DNA of 64,000 bases from Octopus sinensis. Lineage: Eukaryota. The position numbers and the translations under genes are program-made. The first letter of the stretch is position 1; the number at the start of each line of letters is the position of its first letter. The stretch spans positions 120,590,001 through 120,654,000 of the forward strand of contig NC_043001.1 in assembly GCF_006345805.1 (NCBI RefSeq), read 5' to 3'. The notes beneath the pieces are model-generated. The model did no database searches and was not told where the DNA came from. It saw only the letters and a program-made list of their open reading frames with translations. This document shows, piece after piece, positions 13,413 through 26,715 of this stretch.

Positions 13413-13687
13413 GAGCATTGCTATACATAAATGCCTCACGCTAGTAGGGATTCTTAAAGTCAAAACTACTATAAACACATTGTACCGAACGCGATGGAAT
13501 GCAACTCTCGAAGCGATTTAAAAACAGATTCAGCAGCAGATGATATGATTTCATAATTAGTGCACAAAATGCACTTTTTAATTGTCAGTGCATGCATAAT
13601 CAAGACACATAAAAATGAACAAAAAATCAACATACCAGACGAATACCAAATGCATCTAGCGTGAGGCATTCATGTATAGTAATGCCC
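13413..13687. mobile_element. Kolobok-like MITE (RR termini, TTAA flanks)
   Basis: 32-bp TIRs gagcattgctatacataaatgcctcacgctag and ctagcgtgaggcattcatgtatagtaatgccc. Right flank TTAA (13688-13691), left flank CTAA. Confidence 0.65.
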
Positions 13688-13743
13688 TTAATATAAAAAA
13701 TATATGTATATGTATATAGATATACATATATATATGTATATTT

Positions 13744-13791
<48 letters not shown>

Positions 13792-13822
13792 ATAAATATA
13801 CATATATATATGTATATCTATC

Positions 13823-13859
<37 letters not shown>

Positions 13860-13874
13860 GTGTGTAAAAAGTAA

Positions 13875-14190
13875 AAAAATATATACAAACTGGGACAAGA
13901 ACGTGAAGCACCTAGAAGACGACACAAGAACCACAGGACGGGACATTCGAAGCCCTCAGTCATCAGTCAAGAACCGGATCATCTTCGCAATTTCGGCTGA
14001 TTAATCTTGAGATTGCTCCGACCTGGGCAGCCACCAGGGAAATCTAAGCCAAGCGCATTAGATCCCTTGGAAGAGAGCCTCGAATGTATACAAACACAAG
14101 GACGGAAAACGGACGATGTACACGAATAAAAATACAAAAATACGTGAAAACAATAAGGAAAGCACGAATAAGAATACAAAAACGTAAAAT
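13875..14190 (-). mobile_element. Interspersed repeat, same family as 11830-12090
   Basis: Shared sequence blocks, hammerhead-like CTGATGA...GAATGTC core and an adjacent (TA)n tract. Confidence 0.6.
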
Positions 14191-14632
14191 CAATAATGGT
14201 AAGGATAAAAACAAAACCTGGGCGTAGGACAAGGGTCTTTCGACAGGACGAGTTGAGTTTGGGGCTGGCTTGTAGAGGAGTGCCTTATGGCCACGGGAAA
14301 CAAACAAAACGTGTTGCTACAACGACTGCTGGATGCGAAAAGGCAAAACGGCAGTGGCTGGCTGGTCACGTGAGGACAAAAGAGAGGAAAAAGGGACAGA
14401 TGAGAAGAGAGAGAAGGGGAACAGGGGAGGAGAAGAAAGAGACAGATCGAGGGGAGTGTAAGGTATGAGAGACAGAGAAGCGTAGGAGGGGGGAATGGAT
14501 GAAGAGAGAAAGAAAGAAAGAAAGGGAATAAGGGAGGAGAGAGAGAGAGAAAGAGACAGATCAAGAGTCGCACCAATGTTAGGGAATATATACTTACGTA
14601 TAAGGACAAAAGTGTGGGTACGGAGCCGCCAT

Positions 14633-14655
<23 letters not shown>

Positions 14656-14663
<8 letters not shown>

Positions 14664-17600
14664 TCAATATAGGGTGGCAAAAAAAAAATTTTGTAGAATT
14701 TTTTTTTTTTGCCACCAGCGGCCTAGTGGGAAAAAATTAAATAGTCATAGACCATTTTTAAGTTCAACATCAACAATCAAGGAACGGCCATAATAGGCCA
14801 TTCACCCACTAGAAATAACAGCCAAAGCTTCAACCGCAAATAAAAGTCAATTCCGTAAACAGGAGAAAATTTAAAAAACATTTACCCTGTAATTTCTTAT
14901 ACGATGCACCGTTTCGTCTGCTGTTTAATGGTAAACTAACCTGATTAAATTAAATCAAGCCAATCTTCCATAGGCCCTCAGATTCTTCAGTAAGAAATAG
15001 CCACAAGTCGGAACAGATATTTTCACGAGGCATCTCCGACCCTGCCAAGGTGATATCTGACCTAAAATTTTCAAATCATCGCACTCGCGCCAAATTTATC
15101 GGCAGCAAATAAATATAAGCCGTCGATTCCATTACGGAATTAACCAGAAAATTCATAATTAATCAATATAGGGTGGCAAAAAAAAAAATTTTGTAGAATT
15201 TTTTTTTTTTTTGCCACCAGCGGCCTAGTGGGAAAAAATTAAATAGTCATAGACCATTTTTAAGTTCAACATCAACAATCAAGGAACGGCCATAATAGGC
15301 CATTCACCCACTAGAAATAACAGCCAAAGCTTCAACCGCAAATAAAAGTCAATTCCGTAAACAGGAGAAAATTTAAAAAACATTTACCCTGTAATTTCTT
15401 ATACGATGCACCGTTTCGTCTGCTGTTTAATGGTAAACTAACCTGATTAAATTAAATCAAGCCAATCTTCCATAGGCCCTCAGATTCTTCAGTAAGAGAA
15501 ATAGCCACAAGTCGGAACAGATATTTTCACGAGGCATCTCCGACCCTGCCAAGGTGATATCTGACCTAAAATTTTCAAATCATCGCACTCGCGCCAAATT
15601 TATCGGCAGCAAATAAATATAAGCCGTCGATTCCATTACGGAATTAACCAGAAAATTCATAATTAATCAATATAGGGTGCCAAAAAAAAAAATTTTGTAG
15701 AATTTTTTTTTTGCCACCAGCGGCCTAGTGGGAAAAAATTAAATAGTCATAGACCATTTCTAAGTTCAACATCAACAATCAAGGAACGGCCATAATAGGC
15801 CATTCACCCACTAGAAATAACAGCCAAAGCTTCAACCGCAAATAAAAGTCAATTCCGTAAACAGGAGAAAATTTAAAAAACATTTACCCTGTAATTTCTT
15901 ATACGATGCACCGTTTCGTCTGCTGTTTAATGGTAAACTAACCTGATTAAATTAAATCAAGCCAATCTTCCATAGGCCTTCAGATTCTTCAGTAAGAAAT
16001 AGCCACAAGTCGGAACAGATTTTTCACGAGGCATCTCCGACCCTGCCAAGGTGATATCTGACCTAAAATTTTCAAATCATCGCACTCGCGCCAAATTTAT
16101 CGGCAGCAAATAAATATAAGCCGTCGATTCCATTACGGAATTAACCAGAAAATTCATAATTAATCAATATAGGGTGGCAAAAAAAAAATTTTGTAGAATT
16201 TTTTTTTTTGCCACCAGCGGCCTAGTGGGAAAAAATTAAATAGTCATAGACCATTTTTAAGTTCAACATCAACAATCAAGGAACGGCCATAATAGGCCAT
16301 TCACCCACTAGAAATAACAGCCAAAGCTTCAACCGCAAATAAAAGTCAATTCCGTAAACAGGAGAAAATTTAAAAAAACATTTACCCTGTAATTTCTTAT
16401 ACGATGCACCGGTTCGTCTGCTGTTTAATGGTAAACTAACCTGATTAAATTAAATCAAATTTAAATTAAATTAAATATTGATTAATTATGAATTTTCTGG
16501 TTAATTCCGTAATGGAATCGACGGCTTATATTTATTTGCTGCCGATAAATTTGGCGCGAGTGCGATGATTTGAAAATTTTAGGTCAGATATCACCTTGGC
16601 AGGGTCGGAGATGCCTCGTGAAAATATCTGTTCCGACTTGTGGCTATTTCTTACTGAAGAATCTGAGGGCCTATGGAAGATTGGCTTGATTTAATTTAAT
16701 CAGGTTAGTTTACCATTAAACAGCAGACGAAACGGTGCATCGTATAAGAAATTACAGGGTAAATGTTTTTTAATTTTCTCCTGTTTACGGAATTGACTTT
16801 TATTTGCGGTTGAAGCTTTGGCTGTTATTTCTAGTGGGTGAATGGCCTATTATGGCCGTTCCTTGATTGTTGATGTTGAACTTAAAAATGGTCTATGACT
16901 ATTTAATTTTTCCCACTAGGCCGCAGGTGGCAAAAAAAAAAAATTCTACAAAATTTTTTTTTTTGGCACCCTATATTGATTAATTATGAATTTTCTGGTT
17001 AATTCCGTAATGGAATCGACGGCTTATATTTATTTGCTGCCGATAAATTTGGCGCGAGTGCGATGATTTGAAAATTTTAGGTCAGATATCACCTTGGCAG
17101 GGTCGGAGATGCCTCGTGAAAATATCTGTTCCGACTTGTGGCTATTTCTTACTGAAGAATCTGAAGGCCTATGGAAGATTGGCTTGATTTAATTTAATCA
17201 GGTTAGTTTACCATTAAACAGCAGACGAAACGGTGCATCGTATAAGAAATTACAGGGTAAATGTTTTTTAAATTTTCTCCTGTTTACGGAATTGACTTTT
17301 ATTGCGGTTGAAGCTTTGGCTGTTATTTCTAGTGGGTGAATGGCCTATTATGGCCGTTCCTTGATTGTTGATGTTGAACTTAAAAATGGTCTATGACTAT
17401 TTAATTTTTTCCCACTAGGCCGCTGGTGGCAAAAAAAAAAAAAAATTCTACAAAATTTTTTTTTTTGCCACCCTATATTGATTAATTATGAATTTTCTGG
17501 TTAATTCCGTAATGGAATCGACGGCTTATATTTATTTGCTGCCGATAAATTTGGCGCGAGTGCGATGATTGAAAATTTTAGGTCAGATATCACCTTGGCA

Positions 17601-17869
17601 GGGTCGGAGATGCCTCGTGAAAATATCTGTTCCGACTTGTGGCTATTTCTTACTGAGAATCTGAGGGCCTATGGAAGATTGGCTTGATTTAATTTAATCA
17701 GGTTAGTTTACCATTAAACAGCAGACGAAACGGTGCATCGTATAAGAAATTACAGGGTAAATGTTTTTTAAATTTTCTCCTGTTTACGGAATTGACTTTT
17801 ATTTGCGGTTGAAGCTTTGGCTGTTATTTCTAGTGGGTGAATGGCCTATTATGGCCGTTCCTTGATTGT

Positions 17870-17873
<4 letters not shown>
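14656..17873. repeat. Array of ~500-bp units: ~3.6 direct units then ~2.8 inverted units, between (TA)n tracts
   Basis: Unit starts at 14656, 15155, 15659 and 16156. The direct arm ends at 16458, a 16-bp filler follows, and the inverted arm runs 16475-17873. (TA)n at 14631-14657 and 17872-17914. Confidence 0.97.
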
Positions 17874-17917
<44 letters not shown>

Positions 17918-18350
17918 TATAATAAAGAAAGCAATTATTAAAGGGTTGACCATCTGGAAATATTTTTATAAATTCATGTTCCAAGAAATTTCCTATAATT
18001 TCGATTTCTCAAGTTTACTGAAGTTTTTTAACTCCAATTTCGCGCAAATTTAAATATTCACTGCGTCCAACTCATCACAAATTTAAATATCATTTGCATT
18101 CACTGCGGAGTATTCCATTCTCATTTGCAAAGTCTCTCACTTTCTCTTTTAAGTTTTAATTCGCTATTAATATATACGTAATGTAAAAACATTATGTATT
18201 GAATGAAAATTATACCCGTATAATTTTTGAGCGCGGGTTAGCTGTGAGAAGAGCCTAGAAATTTGGGTAATTACTATTAGAGGACGAGGAGAGAAAAAAC
18301 AAGAAGTTACCAACAAGTACTCGAAACTTGCACCGTGTTCACAGTTTAAA

Positions 18351-21300
18351 TTCTTTATTGCCTAGCTGAGGCTAACACAGAAGGGGACAATGCGAATAAA
18401 CTGAGAGTCATGGGATGATAAAAACATAAAGAGGACAATATAACAATAAAAATTTACAAATAAACGAATGAATTACACAACAAAGGGACGACACAATGGA
18501 GTGGGAGCCGGGGTCAGTTTCGACCCCGCAAGCCCCGGTTCACCACTGAAACCTTGCCATTTTAATCGGTCCCATCGTCCAGCATCCGACGACGTTGTTG
18601 GGTGGCATCGATTTCCCCCTCCATGTGCCGAGTTTTCAAGCCAACCGATTTCTCCCGGTTAATTTTTGCTCCTGCCACCGCCTTGTTATCCTTAATGGAC
18701 GCACCGGCCCTCTGTACGTGGTCCGCCTCGGAAACGATGATGGTGACGTCGTCGCATACTCCGAAATAGATTTTTCGCAACCTGGACGCCCTTTATTGCC
18801 TCCAATTTCTGCAACAAAGGCTCAAGAGCCAACACATACAGAAGCGGGAAGAGGGGAACCGAGCTCTTGATTGAGAACGGCTTCGAGAAGAAACCGTTCA
18901 CCCGAACGATCGAACTGATGTTGCTATAAAGAGCAATGATCCAACTGAGAAAGGTCGGGCCCAATCCGACCACTGTGAGGACTGACACCAGATACCGATG
19001 GTCAACCCTATCGAAAGCCTTAGATTGGTCTAAATGGACCAAAGCCCCACCCTTGCCAGAAATCCTGTTAACCCTCTCTGTTAGCCCTCCTGAAGAGATG
19101 GGCGAACTGCTCTTGAAAGACCTTACATATATGCTCGAGTTTGTTTACCAAGTTACCTTGTGAGTCCGTCAAAGACCTTATTGTGACATCGTTGCCCTAT
19201 TGGGCCTCTAATACACGGGCCCATCCAGCAGCTTTGATTCCCTCTTGTCCCATTGCACGTTGCTTTGTCCTGACTGTGCACCCCCCCCCTGTTAAGCTTT
19301 AAGGTGTTGTTTCAGTAACCGGGACCCTGTCTACGTAACCTATCTATGTCAAGCTTACAGGTAACAAATCTCGCTACTAAAACATGAGATGCACAACCTG
19401 ACCTCAGCGCTTCATCTACAGCCGCCTTAACTAGAGCCCTTTTAATTCTAGCTTTCTTATTAGCTAACTCTATGCTATATCGAATAGACTCAAATTTTAT
19501 GGCTGTTTTGAGGGCATACCACCATTTGTTATCAATAATGGAACCGGTCAATGCCTTCAGTCTAATCCGGCTCCTGTACTCCTCACAAGCCAACCGGGAC
19601 TTGCTGAGCTTCTAGTAACCGGAACCCTGTCTACGTAACCTCTCTATGTCAAGCTTACAGGTAACAAATTTGTGATCACCGTAGCTGACGTGATGGAAAA
19701 AAGTGGACAACTAACTAAATTCTCATCTTTATTCCTAATTATAATCTTACCTATATAAGAACTAGAAGACCAGTCGTTATTAGACCATGTCCTCAATGGA
19801 ACGTCCGGGAATTCTTGTCTATACCGATCTGCCAGCTGAAAATGACTGAGCAGATCTTTAAAATGCGGGTTTCCCTACCTATCCGAGTTGGAGTCACCAC
19901 TATCTACTCGTGCATTGCAGATAGTGTTAAAGTCACCAAACAGAACTAAAGTGTGTGACGTACCTAGAAATTTCTCTAGGCCTCTAAAATACTAAGACTG
20001 TCCAATACCGTGGGGTGCACAGAACGCTACCACATTGAAGGTCTTACCACTGCTCGGCGTCACATGAAGGACGACCAACCTGCCCTATTATTCTAGTCTC
20101 GAGCTCCAGATTTTTCCTGAGCAGAACTGCAACACCCGCCTATCCTCCAGGTGGGAATGGAGAAATAATTTTCTTGTAGGAGAGGGGCAAAGTCTTGCAA
20201 ACTACTCAGTCTGGTCTTTGTGGCTACTATTACATCCAAATTTTGCGACTTGAGGTTGTCCAGAAAACATCCCTGCTTCCAGATCAACTTCAGGCTGCGA
20301 ACATTTATGCATCCAACGTTAAAAGAAACCATAAAAGAAAAAGGCATAACTTAATTTGATGGGAATAAAATTCCCCATCTTAATCCTCAATACCGGAGCT
20401 TAGGGAATGTCTTTGACAAAGCCCTCAAATATTTGTGGTGAAAAATCTTTTCTTGGAGGGCCTATATCATGTGGGAACTCGCTTCGCAACATGTTTAAAT
20501 TCTTCATATCAATTATTAAAATTTCTATATTTTTTGGCGCGTCCAGATCTTTTTTAAATTCCACTGTTGAAATATTTTTGATTTTTGTGGTTAATCATTC
20601 ATTTCTAGCGTTCACCGCTACCCAACATCGTAAATGATTAAAATTAATCCCTGTTGGTGAATTATGTGTTGTTATTATTCCGCTTTGCATTTGTTTTCTC
20701 GACTTTGGGCTCGAGGGACTCTCTATCGCTTCTCTTTTCCGTGTCTTCTTCCTTCGCTGCTGCAGCCATTCACTCTACTCCGCACCTTCAGACACTTCCT
20801 CCTCCGTTTCTTCCGCTGGTCCTGGTGTTGAGTCCGGTGATGTTGGTGATGCTTCAGGTGATTCCTCTGTTGGTGGGCGATTCGGTGCTTCCTTGATGGG
20901 AGGTTTGCACGCGGACCTGATGTGACCTAACTGGCCACATCTAAAACACCGATGCTTCCTCCCCTCTATCGTCAGAGGAAGCTTGGTTTCCTCCACCTCA
21001 ATGACTTCTATTAAATTTTCTAAATCGACAGGGGAAGTTTAGACGATCATTTCGATCTCCTTCCCCTGCCAATTCTAACAATCTGTCACTGTTGCATCGA
21101 GGATTGTCATTTTGTCCCCATTTTCAAAACTTTTCATAAAAGATCCCCTCCCCCTAACCTCATCATTTGAAATTTTATAAAAATGAGGAAAATCTCCGAA
21201 AGGATTTTTCCCACAAATTTCTTTATAATTGTAATCGATTCTGTTTGAAAGGGACTTGTATAAATTTTCATTAAAAGATACCCATCTTCCTGAAAGTTAT

Positions 21301-21480
21301 GAAGGAAAAAAGTCAGATTGTATGAATTTTCTGAAACTCCTCTTCCACCCCCTCGCAAACCTTCTTTCCCATAAATCCCTATATACTCTGAAGCTAAAAC
21401 ATCTAAGCGGTTTTATAGAAAATTTTGTTGAAAAGTACCTATTTTTCTGGATATTATGAGGCAACAAAGTCGGGGGCGTA
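18351..21480 (-). mobile_element. Degraded Tx1-type LINE (third family) with several internal deletions
   Basis: ORF1 knuckle CFRCGQLGHIRSAC (20775-20996), APE start FNVGCINVRSL (20093-20347), RT LDQSKAFDRVDH (18692-19042), and an AATAAAGAA 3' end at 18351-18359. The 5' boundary is approximate and no TSD was found. Confidence 0.88.
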
Positions 21481-22159
21481 TACATCTTTTGTTTATACGA
21501 TTTTTTTCATTTCATGTTTATTTCATTCATTGTTTGCAATGTTCTCTCTCTGTCTCACACACACTGCAAAGCTTAGAGATGGACTGCTGAACTGAAATCT
21601 CTATGTTGCTTTGAGGGGAAGGTAAAACTTAACAAACTACTTCTCCCGTGATGTTTGTTTAAAAAAGAGAGATTATGACTGTGATAAAATAATGAAAGCA
21701 ATATTTATTAAGCAAGTGAACACTATTATACAAAGATAATTAGACGTAAAATATAAAAATTATTAGAAATGGGAATCAAACGTGAAAATATTATCAAGAA
21801 ACTATCAGAAAACCGCCCTCCGGGAGGTCTTTCTGCTGGTATATATATGTGCGTGTGTAACTAAATACATTCTACATGAACTTTGCTGCACTTACATCCA
21901 TACAAACTTCTGAAAAAGTAAAAACAGAAATAGGAAACAGAAAGAAAATGAAAGAATTAAAAGGACAAGGAATGAAAAATGTACAGTGATCTAAAAAAAT
22001 GTACAGTGATCTAAACAAATGAAAATACAGAAATCTAAGGCTACAATCAGTTCTTGAGAAACAATATAAAAAGAAAGGTAAAACATAACGTCCACACCAT
22101 TAGTTTTGATTTTATTTAATGGTATACACATATCGGTTTCATATTTTTATGATATATAT

Positions 22160-23395
22160 TATTGGGTCATCCCACAAATAATGTAGTTTTTTTCAATTGC
22201 ATGAACTAAAAATTGGAGGGAGCGGGATAAACTACATGCATGAACTTGCAATAAAAGCAGGTACTAATTTTACTTTGTACTTATTCTTAGTGCAAATTTT
22301 GAAGAGTGCAGTTTGATTTTAACAGTGATTTTAAAAGTTATAATGGAAATGGCAAAAGAGCATATTCGGCATATTTTGCTGTATGAGTTCAATAAAGGCA
22401 ACAACGCAACGGAAAGTGTGAAGAATATTAATGCTGTATATGGAAATCGAACGAAATACCGCTAAGCATTTCGCCTGGCATGCTAGCGATTCTGCTAGCT
22501 CACCGCCTTAAATCGGACAATAAGCATAAGCCGGTGTTGGCGGTGGTTCCAGAAATTCCGAACTGGAAACTACAGCCTAGAAGATGAGCCTCGTCCTGGA
22601 AGATCTGTAGAGCTCGACGAGGACGTCCTGCAAACCCTTTTGGAACAAAATCCCAGCGCAAGTGTTGAGAAACTAGCAGAGAAGCTTGGTCATTCAACCA
22701 TTTATTGACACCTGCGTATCATCGGAAGTTAGCAAATTGGGGCAATGGGTTCCTCAGAAACTTTTCGAGTCTAATCGCACGCAGAGAGTGAATGTGTGCT
22801 CTTCTTTGCTCTCACATTTCACGAAAGAACTTTTTTTGACCAGATAGTGACTGGTGACAAGAAATGGGTTCTCCATAAAATGTCAAGTGCCGAATAAATG
22901 GATGGAGAAAGGAGAAATACCGGCACTACAAGCTAAAGAAGGTTTTCACCCACGTATGGTGTTGTTATCTGATTGGTGAGATATAAAAGATTTATTTCAC
23001 TTTTAAACCCAAACCAAGCGATAACAAAGGAGAACTACTTCGAGCAGCTTGAGCGGCTTAAATCAGCGAGGATGACATTCCAAAGGCTTGAGCAGTTTGA
23101 ATGGATAACGATGCCCCACCCACCATATTCGCCGGACATTTCCCCATCTGATTATCATTTATTCCGCAGTTTTCAAAATCATTTGGACGGAAAAGATTTG
23201 CATTTTGTAGACTAAGCCAGAACAATATTGAAGGAGTATTTTTCGTCACAGACAAGTGAATTTTGGCAGAGGGGCTTTGCAAGTCTACGAGATAGATGGA
23301 AGAGCATTGTAAAAAAAAAAACGAAGGAGAGTATATTTTAGATTAAAACTGAACTTTATCTTAATTTTGAAAATAGAAGTATAAAAAACCGCATT
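22160..23395 (+). mobile_element. Mariner (DD34D-type) transposon remnant
   Basis: TA-ttgggtcatccc left end, MEMAKEHIRHILLYEF, WVPQKL, IVTGDKKW and PHPPYSPDISPSDYHLF. Right TIR truncated. Confidence 0.9.
22453..22509 (-). mobile_element. 57-bp SINE head inserted in the mariner transposase
   Basis: Reverse complement of ggcggtgagctagcagaatc...ggtatttc (compare 53611). Flanked by aaatcgaac and aaatcggac. Confidence 0.8.
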
Positions 23396-24853
23396 GGAAA
23401 TATTGCATGATTATTTTTATAAAACGTCGGGACTTCCAGTCAGCTTTCTGGATTTGGAACATTATCTGCTTCTAATAAGAAAACGTTAAGTTATTTGTTT
23501 GGCTGGCTACACGGGCTTAAAGTATGTGAATACAAGTGAGAAAGTCATAATAGAATAGTGAAATGCAAATATTTTGTTATAAGACACATAACTATGACTC
23601 TGAAGTTTCACCGCATCGTTTTGAGAGGCGATAGGATGCTGGAGATAGGTCTTAATTTCAATCTGTGTTTTGCCTAATATGTATATTCTAATCCAAATAG
23701 GATTGTTGATCTAGTCGAATAAATAAACTTTACTACATTTATTGAGTATTCTTTCAGTTGTTTTTAAACATAGACGCGCATGCACACACTCGCACGCACA
23801 CACATACACACACACACACACACATTCACGCACTATCTCAGAGAAGCAAAACAGTTTACCGGGTTGGAGCAGTAGAAGCAATGGAACAACAGACAGCGTA
23901 TAAATGAATCTTCACCGGTTTCAACAATGATGATTCAGCTATTCGGTCAATTGAATTACCTGCTCATTGAACAAGAGTGTAAGTGGCTGAGTATTCCGAA
24001 GATACCTATATTCTTAAGGTAATTCTGAGACAGAATCTGAATGATTGAATATATGATACGGCTGTACTTTTGAATTACAGGTACGAAGGTTCGATCCATC
24101 CAACAGCCTTCGTCACAGTTTCTGTCGATATAGTGGCGATTGAAGCAATGGTTAATGACAATTCTACAAAAAGTCATGTAGTGGTATCGAACCCGATACC
24201 TCATGACTACGAGACCATCTTCTTAACAATTTGACCATACTCACAAATAGTAAACAGACATTAGCAACAGCAATGCTTCTTTACTGCCTACCGTGTAAAA
24301 TTAGATACCAGAGTTAGATAGAGACGGTCAGATATGTTTAACTTATATATCAGTAGAGGATGGAACTAGTTGATGAAGGCAGTTGCCAATTGGAAAATAT
24401 TCGTTTTCTGCACCGGCATAAGTATTATGGGATAAGTGCAAGATAAGATATTGTGGCAGTGCTTCGTTGATTTGCTATACTAAGATCAAATGTTCATATA
24501 CTCAACGCAGCCAGGATGGGGAAAACTAGAAAGAATTTAGAGTGGATTGCAATTGCCGGTAGGCTTTCGTTTACGTTCTCTCGAAGCTAATCTCAATGAT
24601 TCAAGTACCTTTTATATATAGTATTTGCAGTAATTATCTCTAAGTTTGTTGTCCAAATGCCATTAACTACTCTAAGTCTCTACGTATTTAGATGCATATA
24701 TGTGTATGTATGTGTGAATGCAGATATATATACGCTAGATGTACATCCTTGCATATATGCTTAGCCATTAACGGAAATTTGTATGTAATGTGTGAATGTA
24801 TATGCATCCCAATTCATATACACGTACACACACATATGTATGTATGCATGAAC

Positions 24854-24906
<53 letters not shown>

Positions 24907-24981
24907 TAATATATATATATATACATATGTATGTATATATATATATATGTATATATATATATAGTTATATACATATATATG

Positions 24982-25014
<33 letters not shown>

Positions 25015-25637
25015 ATATACATATATTCATACATATATGCGTGCGTGTGTGTCAATAAGTATGCCTGAAGGTTGGATGTGTATGTATGATTTAGGAAATA
25101 TGTAAATGTGCAATTATGTATCTGCGTATGAATGTGTGTGAGTTGATATGTATATACAATTGAATGTTTGAATACTTGAGTTAATAAATGTTTCACTTTG
25201 ATACTGGAGTAGGAAGTTGAAGTTATATCTAATATATTGAATTGGAAATAATTGTTGAATTTACCTCAACAGACAATTACAAAGACAATTTGCCGTAGAT
25301 GATATTTCACTACTGCAATAGAAAGACAGATAGAAATTCGAGATCAAATTTATAACGAGGGAACGATGAAGGAAAAGGAAATTATGCTAATAATTTCTAT
25401 TCTATATGTATGTGTCTGTGTGCATATGTGTGTCTGTGTGCATATGTGTGAGTGTGAGTGTGTGTTTGTGCGCGTGCAGGTGTGTATGTGTGTGCATGTG
25501 TGTGACAAAGAAAGAGAGAGAATATGTGTGGTTATAAAGAACGGAAAAACGGAACAATTTTAATCAATGTATGGGCAGAAGTTTACCTCGTGCGCAACAG
25601 TGAAGTGCATTGGGCGTTGGAGTCAATCATTGTAATT

Positions 25638-25719
<82 letters not shown>

Positions 25720-26715
25720 GTATACACACGTGTTTCAAAAACTAAGCAGAAACACAAAAAAGGAACAAAGGAAGAAATGGAAAAATCACACAGAAGGTAT
25801 GGACAGTTGTCGTCCAAAAACAATCCTTACAATTTCACGCCTTTAACGATAATAGTCTTTACTTTTGGTGGCGTCAACAGAGAAAATCTGATAGGAAAAA
25901 TGAGGTGACGCTTATGAAAGCGACGAGGGAAAAAAACCACACAGGTAGTGGGTGAGAATATAAATGTAAATATACAAACAAAATAAATGTCATGGGGCTG
26001 TGAGGCAAAGCAAGACGTGAGTATAAGTAATGGAGTGAAAATACCCTGTAATACTGGAAACAGAAAATGGAGAAATGAAAATATAGAACGAAAGGAGAAA
26101 AACGAAAACGATGCCGGTGTTGAAAATAAAGAAGAAAGAAGGCTAAAGACCGGAAGAAGCGTGAATGACAAATCAGCGGTAAAGTGAAAAATGATTTTTG
26201 TAATGATTTTTTGAGGGCGATAACGAAAGCGGAAGTAGCATTTCGATATTTTGTGTGTCGTTTTTCCATTCATTCCTTTGTCGTTCTTCTGTTTAACTTT
26301 TTTAAATTTGTTATTTAATACAACGCCACGCAGCAATCTTCTCATTGTCGCCCTGTCTCTTTCTTCTTCTGTCTACTGTTTTATTCTTTTACTTACTGTG
26401 AATTCTCTGTCAGGTTCTTTACTGCATACACACTTTATCTCTGGTGACAGAAACCCAGTGTATGGAGATGTTGACTCATCACCTGGGATATCCCAGAAAC
26501 AGCTGTAAAGCATTAATTACTTCTACTTCTCCGTTTTTAGACCCGAGATACTCGCCCCTGCATTGGTCTTGTCCATTTTCCTTGTATATATATATATGTG
26601 TGTGTGTGTGCGTGTGTGCGTGTGTGTGTGTGTGTGCGTGTGTGTGTGTGCGTGTGTGTGTGTGCGTGTGTGTATGTGTGTGTGTGCGTGTGTTTGTGTA
26701 TATATATATATATAT

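Noticed and set aside
14656-17873. CRISPR-like or coding repeat array
   Set aside because: Units are fully repeated with no unique spacers, no ORFs and no cas genes; the context is eukaryotic.
18330-21560. TSD or specific target for the third Tx1 family
   Set aside because: No duplicated flank could be found and the 5' end is uncertain.
24081-24232. Possible + exon after ttacag reading YEGSIHPTAFVTVSVD...VNDNS (cadherin-like flavour)
   Set aside because: Motif spacing does not fit a cadherin repeat, it ends in a stop, and no partner exons were found.
26414-26508. Strong polypyrimidine acceptor then a short frame containing NPVY
   Set aside because: About 30 codons with no recognisable family and no linked exons; needs RNA-seq.
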